IMG/VR virus record: IMGVR_UViG_3300010282_000006
Location: 10,315 to 74,314 of that record
Length of the DNA: 64,000 bases
Reading direction: 5' to 3' (one strand)
DNA from: a virus
Lineage: Duplodnaviria > Heunggongvirae > Uroviricota > Caudoviricetes
Part shown: positions 55,700-63,613 of the stretch, one piece after another
Layout of the letters: each line of letters begins with the position of its first letter
How positions within the stretch are numbered: position 1 is the stretch's first letter
Translations under genes and position numbers: made by a program
The notes under the pieces: generated by a model
Told to the model about the DNA's origin: nothing
Database searches by the model: none
What the model saw: the letters and a program-made list of their open reading frames with translations, nothing else

Positions 55700-56503
55700 T
55701 TACATGTGCAGCGCCGTCAACTGCTCGCGCAGCTTCACAATACGCTTGTGCACGGCGACGTTGGAGATCGTTCCGATGTCCTGTGCAATCTCGCGTTCCG
55801 TGTATCCGCGCCCGACAAGCTCCAAAATCCTGTTGTTGATTTCGTCGCAGCCGTCCCGGAAGTCCTCCATATCTGCCTTGAGGATAGCGGCGCGTTCCGT
55901 GTCGTCTTCGCTCGCGCAAATCGTTTCGACCGCGCTGCAGGTCTCCCCGTCTTCCGTTTCCAGCTCGCGCACGCTCGCCGCGCTGTGCTTGCTGTCCTGA
56001 TAGAAAACCGCTGCAACGCTCGCGTCGGCAGCCTCATAGACCAGCTTGACCAGCTCAAGCGGGCGCTTGCCCTGAGCCGCGCGGCGCTCGTTTCGCTTCG
56101 TCAGCTTGTCGGCGTCGAGCTTGACCGCCAGCCGCAGCCACGTTTCTGAAACGAACTCGTCAAGATCGTGCAGCCCGTACAGGCCGAACGCGGGCACCTC
56201 GGAGAACTGCAAATCGTGGTCTTCGGTGCTGTACTTGATGCGGTCTTTCGCGGCTTTGTGGATGCACTTCTTCATGAATGCGACCTGCTCGCCCTCAGAC
56301 AGGGCAGCCCACGCGGAGACGACGCGCGCCGCGTTCGCGCCAGCGTTCGCGCCTTCGGTCTCTGCCCACGCAATACGCAGGCAGGCGGAGAAGAGGACTT
56401 CAGAGACCTTGCAGCCGATTTCAGAGGCAGCCGCGCGGCGAATGTCCCACGCGCGGAGCATAACGGCGGACTTGTTGGTGGTGTTGGTGGTGGTGGTTTT
56501 CAT
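55700..56503 (-). CDS. sigma-70-like protein (C-terminal region-4 HTH TEREIAQDIGTISNVAVHKRIVKLR); first gene of the leftward array
   Basis: 267 aa; HTH shared with 26843..28444. Confidence 0.45.
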   Translation of the reverse strand: MKTTTTNTTNKSAVMLRAWDIRRAAASEIGCKVSEVLFSACLRIAWAETEGANAGANAARVVSAWAALSEGEQVAFMKKCIHKAAKDRIKYSTEDHDLQFSEVPAFGLYGLHDLDEFVSETWLRLAVKLDADKLTKRNERRAAQGKRPLELVKLVYEAADASVAAVFYQDSKHSAASVRELETEDGETCSAVETICASEDDTERAAILKADMEDFRDGCDEINNRILELVGRGYTEREIAQDIGTISNVAVHKRIVKLREQLTALHM

Positions 56504-56602
56504 GGTGGTATCTCCTTTACAAAATAGATTTTTGTCGCCATATCGGAAGAGCCGGAGCGGAGCCGGAGCCGAAGCCCCGAAGCGCCCCGCGCGCCCCTCT
56601 TG

Positions 56603-56631
56603 AGCTACCTATATTGTACCACGGTCAACCC
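56603..56631 (-). promoter_or_regulatory. canonical sigma70 promoter (TTGCAA-17-TACAAT) heading the leftward gene array
   Basis: hexamers read on minus strand. Confidence 0.5.
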
Positions 56632-56705
56632 TATATTGCAACAGATTTTTGTCTTGCTAACCTCAGAACGGTATAAATTTTTGTCGTTCAAAATTGTGCA
56701 AAATA

Positions 56706-57118
56706 CCGAAGCCCTGACAGATCAGCCGGAGACCTGGCACGGCAGCGGAGCAGGCGAGCAGGGCGACGCATAGCGGAGCCATGCACCGACGAGCGAAGCG
56801 AGCGCGAGCGCCAGCAGGCGCAGCGCAGCGGAGCCAGCAAGCGAGGCCGCCAGCCCAGCAGCAGCACCAGCACCACCGGCAGCGGGCAGCAGAGGCGAAG
56901 AGCAGCCAGAACGGAGAGAGGGAAGGGGGAGAGGAGCGGAACGCCGCCACACGTCCAGCACATAAGGCCGGAGACCGAACGCCCAGCACCAGCACCACCG
57001 GCACGCCCTCAGCAGGCCGCCACCAGCGCCCGCAGATCGACCGGAAGAGCGCCAGCAGGCGCAGCCTACCAGACGCGGACACAGCGCCAGAGGCGAAGCG
57101 CCGCCGCCGTCACCATCC
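56706..57118. repeat. ~410-bp compositionally extreme block: T almost absent on plus strand (A absent on minus), with CAGCACCAGCACCACCGGCA-type short repeats
   Basis: about 11 T in 413 nt by eye-count; overlapping ORFs are low-complexity artefacts. Confidence 0.6.
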
Positions 57119-57712
57119 CGCGCACGGTCTCCGCAGGCGCTCCGCCGGTTCTACTTTTTGCGAGTATGCAGAACCGGACGCCCGGAAGCCCTGAAACGGC
57201 GCGCCCTCAGCGCTTGCGCCGCGTCGATGCAGGCAGCGCAGCAGACCAGCGCGCCGCGAATAGTCCACAGGGGGAGCCTTGACATTTTGGCGCGTACCCA
57301 TAACGCAACCTCGTGGTATAGTACCTCACACCACGCACCAATTCTCAAAAATCCCCTCACACATCACACCCCACCTTGCACCACGCAAGTGTTCTGATAG
57401 AAACAATACAAACTACCATACATAATTGAGAGCTTCTAAATAACCGGCGTTCTCGAACGGTTTTTCCAAGCACCTCAAAGAATCATTCTGCATTTACATC
57501 CCTTTGTGTTGTTATACCGACAACGCTCGGAAAGCATACCATAAATCTATCCTCAGCACGGTAAGAAACCCGCATACAGAAAGGCTTTGACCGACATGAC
57601 ATCGTGCGATCTTGCGTTGAATGATGGATTCTAGCGTTTCTGCAGGATCATCGAAATCGTCAAAGTTCATAAAAACATACGCCGAAAGTACGATAAAAAT
57701 TTATATAATGTA

Positions 57713-57741
57713 TTGACTTCAGCAGAGAGATAAAGTATAAT
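57713..57741 (+). promoter_or_regulatory. sigma70-type promoter (TTGACT-17-TATAAT) for integrase
   Basis: hexamers read on plus strand in AT-rich leader. Confidence 0.45.
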
Positions 57742-57816
57742 AAAGCCAATGAGACAGGCGTGTTTTTTGCTTTTTCTAAAGTACGACATAAATCTATTTA
57801 CGGAAGGAGCAGCAAT

Positions 57817-58752
57817 ATGAACGAGCAGATAGACCTCTTCTCTGCGGCTGTATATGCTGAGCGCACTGCGGGACTGGCCGTATGCGGTGAACATGCCGTT
57901 GAGATCAGAGACGAATCGGAAATCGACGAATGGCGTGACAAAGCGATAGACTCCGCAACCTATCCGGGAACGACGATCACAACCAGAAACGGTAAGAAGG
58001 TCTCTGACAAGCTGCTGCTGTTCCCCGGCGTCGATCCTACGCTTGAAGCACACAGTAAAGGCTATCGACCCAACTACCGTAAAGGAGGAACACAGACTGT
58101 CTACCCCATCAAGAAATGGGATGAATTAGAACGTGTCGCTCTTTGGCTCTACGAGAACAAGGATCGCAAATACCTTCTTGGATTTATCCTTGGTATCAAC
58201 CTCGGATTGAGAGCAAACGAGCTTTTGAAGCTCAGGATGCTTGACGTCTATCTGCCTGACGGTACAATCCGCTACGTCGAAGATACGCAGGACACCAATG
58301 ACCGCATCAATATCTCTCAGAGCAAGACACACGGCAAGATCCGTACTGTCTATCTCAACACCGCTTGCGCATCTGCTTTGCACTGGTACTTTGGTGATCA
58401 TCCTTACGGATTGGATAAGAATAAACTGATTTTCTCCTCAAGAGAGGGAGGAGCTATCGAAGTCGACACCTTCCGCAAGGTACTGAAGGAAGCCTGCGAA
58501 GCCGTAGGCATTCGTCAGAACATCGGTACTCACACCATGCGGAAGACATGGGGATGGTGGCAGTACACTACCAACACCGGCAAGCAGTACGGTGATGTCA
58601 CACAGCTCCAACGGTTGTACGGACATGAAAGCCCGATGACGACCTTGCGGTATATCGGTGTGATGGATGAAGAGGATAAGGCTCTCTATCATTCGATGGT
58701 GCTTGCGGTTGCCGGAGACGTCATCGCTTATCGGGACGGAGAATACAAATAA
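57817..58752 (+). CDS. int: tyrosine recombinase / phage integrase
   Basis: 311 aa; C-terminal catalytic region with GTHTMRKTW and LYGHESPMTTLRYIGV (R..H..R..Y pattern); RBS GGAAGGAG. Confidence 0.8.
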   Translation: MNEQIDLFSAAVYAERTAGLAVCGEHAVEIRDESEIDEWRDKAIDSATYPGTTITTRNGKKVSDKLLLFPGVDPTLEAHSKGYRPNYRKGGTQTVYPIKKWDELERVALWLYENKDRKYLLGFILGINLGLRANELLKLRMLDVYLPDGTIRYVEDTQDTNDRINISQSKTHGKIRTVYLNTACASALHWYFGDHPYGLDKNKLIFSSREGGAIEVDTFRKVLKEACEAVGIRQNIGTHTMRKTWGWWQYTTNTGKQYGDVTQLQRLYGHESPMTTLRYIGVMDEEDKALYHSMVLAVAGDVIAYRDGEYK

Positions 58753-59026
58753 TTTATTTTTCCATCCCATTTCTGTACGGTAATACCATCATCGAGACCT
58801 TGTACGGTAACGAGTCGAGGATAATCTGGCGGTATGTAAGGCTTGGCAATTATTATAAGGCTTTACGGTATACAAAATCCGCATCGCGTAAATTGTCCGT
58901 CTTGCACTGCTTAGGAGGTGCTGCGCAAAGCAAAGCTCGACGCCCCTGTCGAGCGGCAGATGGCAGAACGGCCGCCTGTCCGCTGCAGAGCTTTCAAGTA
59001 TCCCGCGAGCGAAGCGAAGCGGACAG

Positions 59027-59479
59027 GTGCAAAACGTGAAAAAGTTATTTTTGCAACTTTTTTGCAAGAAACAGAATCCCCTTACCCCTTTAAGGGTCTA
59101 CGTTCAAGAATCGCCTGTTTATGCGGGTTTGAGATGGGTCAAAATCGAGTTTTGGAACCTCGATGGTTCCAAGCAAAAAGTGAAACTGCAATTTTGCAAC
59201 TATTTTGGAGGTTTTGGATTGAGTGCCGACGTGTGCGTTTTTGATTTGTGGCTGAAGGGCTGCGAGATAAACGAGACAAAAATCTATCCGTTGGAAGGGC
59301 AAGGCAAAACGGCGCTCTACAAAGTTTGGAAAGATTTTATCGGCGCGGACTATCACGAATACCACACAACGCCGGTCTTTATCGGCTGGGTGGACGGAAG
59401 GCAGGTCTGCGCGACGACGAACTATAAAAGCGCTTTGGCGTGTTGGAGAAATTACGCGAAAAGCGGAGGTCGTGTTTGA
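59027..59479 (+). CDS. hypothetical protein
   Basis: 150 aa. Confidence 0.35.
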   Translation: MQNVKKLFLQLFCKKQNPLTPLRVYVQESPVYAGLRWVKIEFWNLDGSKQKVKLQFCNYFGGFGLSADVCVFDLWLKGCEINETKIYPLEGQGKTALYKVWKDFIGADYHEYHTTPVFIGWVDGRQVCATTNYKSALACWRNYAKSGGRV

Positions 59480-59629
59480 GATTTGGAGGTGGATCGGTGC
59501 TTTACTGGTGGCAACGGCTTGAAATCTGGTTGTGTGGGAGAATGTGTCGGCTGCGTAACCGTTATTGTGGCTGTGGCAAGATGGGAAAGTGGTTCTGTAT
59601 GCGGTGCAGATTAAAGTAGGAGGATTGAT

Positions 59630-60007
59630 ATGGCAATAAGAGATGACCTGATTCGCCGCCGTGATGCGATTGAAAGCGTTGCTGGTCTTGCGGATACCAT
59701 GTCCGTGTGTGTGAGCACGGATGAGTGCCGTGGCATGATGAGAATGAAAATGTGTGCTCTGTCTGCGATCAATGAAGTACCTGCAGCAGCGCCGCGCGGT
59801 GAAGAGGCGGACGGTGAACGCGAGAATGCGTGGGTGAGCGTTAAGGATGCGCTTCCCGACAACCACACGGACTGCCTTGTCTACTGCGGCGATGACTACG
59901 GCATTATGATCTCTCATTACTGCTATGGCTTTTACACCTACGATAGCAAGGTGACGCACTGGCAGTATTTGCCGAAAGCACCGGAGGGAGAGCTGACTCG
60001 TGGGTGA
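59630..60007 (+). CDS. hypothetical phage protein (DUF551-like C-terminal WVSVKDALPDNHTDCLVY)
   Basis: 125 aa. Confidence 0.4.
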   Translation: MAIRDDLIRRRDAIESVAGLADTMSVCVSTDECRGMMRMKMCALSAINEVPAAAPRGEEADGERENAWVSVKDALPDNHTDCLVYCGDDYGIMISHYCYGFYTYDSKVTHWQYLPKAPEGELTRG

Positions 60008-60191
60008 TATAAAGCGTAGGCTGATAGCCTGCCAGCATTGCGGGCAGATATACCTGACGCAGAACGAAGTAACGGGAAAATGGGGCGTTGCTTGCGATTG
60101 CGGATTTGCAAAGAGAAAAATCGGCTGGTACGATACAGAGCGCGAAGCAATCAAAAGGTGGAATTACGTCGCTATGGACTGGGAGGCGTGA
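60000..60191 (+). CDS. Lar-family restriction alleviation-like protein
   Basis: CQHCG...CDCG...REAIKRWN. Confidence 0.5.
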   Translation: MGDIKRRLIACQHCGQIYLTQNEVTGKWGVACDCGFAKRKIGWYDTEREAIKRWNYVAMDWEA

Positions 60192-60192
60192 C

Positions 60193-60537
60193 ATGGAACG
60201 ACTGACACAGAAAAGTTTTGATATTTGCGCGGATTACTGCGCGTGTAGCAAGGATTGCGGGTTCTTTAAGCATGAAGTCAATGTAATGTGCAATGACGCG
60301 GAGATATACAACAAATTGCGCGCCTACGAGGACGCGGAGGAACAAGGACTGCTTATCCGCTTGCCGTGCAAGGTGAACGAGGTGGTGTGGATGTTCCACC
60401 CGAAATATAAAGCAGTGCATAGATGTATGTACCCATCGGCGTCTAATATGTTGGCCGATATCGAAAGCGGTTGTCTAATTTTTAAGACCCGTGAAGAAGC
60501 CGAAGCCGCGCTTGCCAAGGAAGGCGGCGCGATATGA
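60193..60537 (+). CDS. hypothetical protein, paralog of 61813..62265 (shared LRAYEDAEEQGLLIRLPC and TREEAEAALAK)
   Basis: start trimmed to MERLTQ. Confidence 0.4.
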   Translation: MERLTQKSFDICADYCACSKDCGFFKHEVNVMCNDAEIYNKLRAYEDAEEQGLLIRLPCKVNEVVWMFHPKYKAVHRCMYPSASNMLADIESGCLIFKTREEAEAALAKEGGAI

Positions 60538-60743
60538 CCGCAGTTGAGAAGCTGATATTGGAAAACCAGAAAATAATACTTCTCGGCATCTCGGCACTTC
60601 TCACGCCCAAATGCAGGGGAATGATGGATGCCAACGGAGAAACAAAAACGAATGTGCGCCTTATTGAGAGATACAAGGGAACCAGTCGCTTTTTGGAAGA
60701 AGCTGCATTAAAGGATGGTGACGAATGGCACGAATTGAACTGA
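60534..60743 (+). CDS. hypothetical protein
   Basis: 69 aa. Confidence 0.3.
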   Translation: MTAVEKLILENQKIILLGISALLTPKCRGMMDANGETKTNVRLIERYKGTSRFLEEAALKDGDEWHELN

Positions 60744-60913
60744 TGGACGTCGCGGATCGTGTTGGGTGGCACTGCTATTATTGCGGAGAGCGCAGAAGTG
60801 TTAAGTACAAGTTGCATTTTGGCAGTTTTACAATCCCTGTTTGCAATGCTTGCGCGGCGCGATTGTCTGGAAAAACAATGCTGAAGAAGGAGGAGAATCA
60901 TGGGTGTGTATAA
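60725..60913 (+). CDS. zinc-ribbon protein
   Basis: 62 aa CYYCG...CNAC. Confidence 0.35.
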   Translation: MARIELMDVADRVGWHCYYCGERRSVKYKLHFGSFTIPVCNACAARLSGKTMLKKEENHGCV

Positions 60914-61199
60914 TCCGCTTTTGGATATGCCGGTGAGTTGTGCGGAGTGTGATACGCGCGGCGGTAGCAACTGCTTTTTATCAAACCAGTTATCTTATCC
61001 TGATGTTCTGAGACGCAGGCATCCCGATTGCCCGCTTGTTGAGGTGAAGGTTCCACACGGGCGGCTGATCGACGCGGACGAGGCTTACATAAACATGATG
61101 TGTGAGATGTGTGGGTCTGGGTATCAGGGTCGAGCACTGAGTATTTTGAGATCTGATTTATACTCTCCTTCCATCATTGAAGCGGAAAGTGCGGATTAA
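60900..61199 (+). CDS. hypothetical protein, MGVYNP family (paralog of 61591..61809 and 62267..62434)
   Basis: 99 aa. Confidence 0.4.
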   Translation: MGVYNPLLDMPVSCAECDTRGGSNCFLSNQLSYPDVLRRRHPDCPLVEVKVPHGRLIDADEAYINMMCEMCGSGYQGRALSILRSDLYSPSIIEAESAD

Positions 61200-61210
61200 G
61201 GAGGTCGGCT

Positions 61211-61453
61211 GTGATTTTCTTTACGAAAGTAAAAGAGTCGTGCTCGTGTAACAACTGCCATAGTCCGAACTACTATACGCCGATTGCGACGTTGGAAACG
61301 GTGGATGAGCTGTTCGATTTGCAGATTGGAAGTTGTGTAGTAACGCTTTGCCGCGACTGCATAAGGCAGTTGAGCCTGCAGGCTGATATGCTAAACGGTG
61401 TTACCCGCGAGAGCGGACAATATACCAAGGAGAAACAGCATGAGGGGTCTTGA
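61211..61453 (+). CDS. hypothetical Cys-rich protein
   Basis: 80 aa. Confidence 0.3.
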   Translation: MIFFTKVKESCSCNNCHSPNYYTPIATLETVDELFDLQIGSCVVTLCRDCIRQLSLQADMLNGVTRESGQYTKEKQHEGS

Positions 61454-61590
61454 AAACGGGATCACGCTGTCAAAGGTGTGGTTTTTTGTATCGGCGCTTA
61501 TAATCGGCGTTTCGCTTAAAGAGCCGTATTTGGGAATGGGTGTGTGGTTCTTTGGATGCGGGATTGAAGCCGCGATAAAGGGGGTATAGC

Positions 61591-61809
61591 GTGGGAGTGT
61601 ATAACCCGTTTGCGGAGCTTCCGAATAGCTGCGTATTGTGCGAATCCAGAGAGAAATGCGATTTATACCGCCAGAACGTCGGCAGGTCGGTTTACCGACA
61701 CAACGATTGCCCGCTTGTTGAGATAGACAGACCGCATGGCGATATACTTGACATCGAAGAGTACGAGCGATACGGAGAGGCGAAAATACTTATAGAGGCG
61801 GAGAAATAA
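61591..61809 (+). CDS. hypothetical protein, MGVYNP family
   Basis: 72 aa. Confidence 0.4.
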   Translation: MGVYNPFAELPNSCVLCESREKCDLYRQNVGRSVYRHNDCPLVEIDRPHGDILDIEEYERYGEAKILIEAEK

Positions 61810-61812
61810 GCA

Positions 61813-62265
61813 ATGGAACGACTGACAGGTAGGTATGACGGCGGTGCCATTTTAATTTGCGAACAAGATGCGTGCAAACTGTATGGTGATGGTATGTGTT
61901 CTGCGAGCAATCCGTGCAATGTGGAACAAAATATGATCGACCGCCTTGCAGCATACGAGGACGCGGAGGAACAGGGTTTGCTTATCCGTTTGCCGTGCAA
62001 TGTTGGCGATACGGTGTACTGCTTGTGGTACGAGCCGTGCCACTTAGGAAATAGTCACCCTAACAGCTATGATTGCGAGGGGTGCGAGGACGAGTGCGAC
62101 TTAAAGAAAGCAGTTGTTGAGCAGGTAGCGGGTGGCGTTGAATGGATAGTTCGCAATATGCTTGGTAAAAGGCCGTTTGCATACGCTACGCGCGAAGAAG
62201 CCGCAGCCGCGCTTGCAAAGGACATAAATGTCCCCGGCAAAGATGTCGGGAAGATGGAGGGATAG
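61813..62265 (+). CDS. hypothetical protein, paralog of 60193..60537
   Basis: 150 aa. Confidence 0.4.
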   Translation: MERLTGRYDGGAILICEQDACKLYGDGMCSASNPCNVEQNMIDRLAAYEDAEEQGLLIRLPCNVGDTVYCLWYEPCHLGNSHPNSYDCEGCEDECDLKKAVVEQVAGGVEWIVRNMLGKRPFAYATREEAAAALAKDINVPGKDVGKMEG

Positions 62266-62266
62266 C

Positions 62267-62434
62267 ATGGGAGTGTATATTAAAGGCATGAATATGCCGA
62301 AGGACTTTTTTCGATGCCCGTTTGCAGTCATTCTCAATGCGATAAACTCAAGCGGAAGAATGGGTTATGGTGATTATTGCGAATTGTATGACGCAATCTC
62401 GGATATTTATGGAACGACTGGTGGTGCGGTATGA
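62267..62434 (+). CDS. hypothetical protein, MGVY family (start trimmed)
   Basis: 55 aa. Confidence 0.3.
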   Translation: MGVYIKGMNMPKDFFRCPFAVILNAINSSGRMGYGDYCELYDAISDIYGTTGGAV

Positions 62435-62841
62435 CAGTAAAGGATTTTAGCGTTGGGAAGCCTGCGTACCTTTTGCGTTGCAATGGGTATGACAAATATC
62501 CTGATCCGCCGCGAGAAGTCGAGGTGGCAAAGGTTGGTCGCAAGCTGGTTTATGTTAAGACGAGCAGTTGGGGAATGACTTCGTTTGTTGCTCCGCTTTG
62601 TCCGGATACGCGCCCGTACTTTGAGCAGAACATTGACTACGGTAATAAGGATCTTCTGTTCTCGACGATTGAGGTGTACAACGAGTGGATGGAGCAGAAG
62701 GAGCTGTCGCGATGGTTCCGTGAAAACTTCCATAAAATCGAATCGCTCAACGCTGAGCGCCTGCGCCTCGCAAAGCAGGTGCTCGTGTCGGACGACTGGC
62801 ACGACCCAAAACGCGCGGCGGAGTGGAAGGGGCTTCGCTGA
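62431..62841 (+). CDS. hypothetical protein
   Basis: 136 aa. Confidence 0.4.
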   Translation: MTVKDFSVGKPAYLLRCNGYDKYPDPPREVEVAKVGRKLVYVKTSSWGMTSFVAPLCPDTRPYFEQNIDYGNKDLLFSTIEVYNEWMEQKELSRWFRENFHKIESLNAERLRLAKQVLVSDDWHDPKRAAEWKGLR

Positions 62842-63160
62842 ATAAATTGTTAAGGTGTTACCCCGCGAGAGCGGATAATATACCAAAGCCATTGCCGATT
62901 TGCACATCTGCAATAAGAAAGTCCGCAGACGTATGGTGCTGCGGTGAGCGGGTGGGATCGCCGATCGGTTGGGAAATGACGCCGATAAAAGTACCGTAAA
63001 ACGGCCATTCGGCAAATCTATATGCGCCATTGGTGTAATTGGTATTAGCACGCCCCATAAGTGGGAGGGCAGCGGAAATAGTTGTTGCCGACGAATACCA
63101 CTGACGATGCAGAAAAAATCGTGAACGAGGGCAACATCGCACACGATTCTGTTTCGGCTT

Positions 63161-63187
63161 CCGGTTCGAGTCCGGAATGGCGCACCA
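63161..63187 (+). other. tRNA 3'-end-like fragment (T-arm TCCGGTTCGAGTCCGGA + acceptor ATGGCGC + A + CCA) without a canonical 5' half; candidate att-site remnant
   Basis: read from sequence; the matching 5' acceptor strand is 150 nt upstream. Confidence 0.3.
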
Positions 63188-63308
63188 AATCCGCAAGCGG
63201 TCGAGGAAGCGCGAGAAGTTAAGCGCATGGAGCTGTGCGCACAGCAACGGCCATTTAAGCCGGATGTACCATGTGGCTGATGAAAAGGCGAAGCGCGGCG
63301 GATGATAC

Positions 63309-63385
63309 GCGGGAGTAGCTCAATTTGGCGGAGCACCGGTCTTCCAAACCGGGTGTTGCGGGTTCGAGTCCCGTTTCCCGCTCCA
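63309..63385 (+). tRNA. tRNA-Gly (anticodon UCC), CCA encoded
   Basis: hand-folded cloverleaf: acceptor GCGGGAG/TTCCCGC, anticodon stem CCGGT/ACCGG loop CTTCCAA, T-arm GCGGGTTCGAGTCCCGT. Confidence 0.75.
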
Positions 63386-63613
63386 AAAGTGGCGGTTCGA
63401 TTCCGCATCGGTGATAGAGCGCTTGGCAGCGACGGGGTTCTCCGGGCAGGATCGGAGATGATTTGTGGCGAGTCAGACGGCGACTCTCGCCTAACCTTCC
63501 GGCGTGACCGGACAGTAGGACAAGATCCGTCCGCATGGCAAGGCGGACGTTAAACTGCCAAAGATTCCAAAAAATTCAGAGACTACTTATGCACTGGAAT
63601 GGAGGTGCGGCGG

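Noticed and set aside
56781-57194. 137-aa Arg/Ala/Gln-rich plus-strand ORF and 139-aa Cys/Trp-rich minus-strand ORF
   Set aside because: They lie in the T-depleted block, where T is absent even at wobble positions. The composition reflects DNA-level bias, not a real protein.
62993-63187. Possible tmRNA or intron-containing tRNA
   Set aside because: No resume codon / tag-peptide frame ending in a hydrophobic ..AA stop could be found, and the 5' part does not fold as a tRNA D-arm. It is kept only as a tRNA 3'-fragment.
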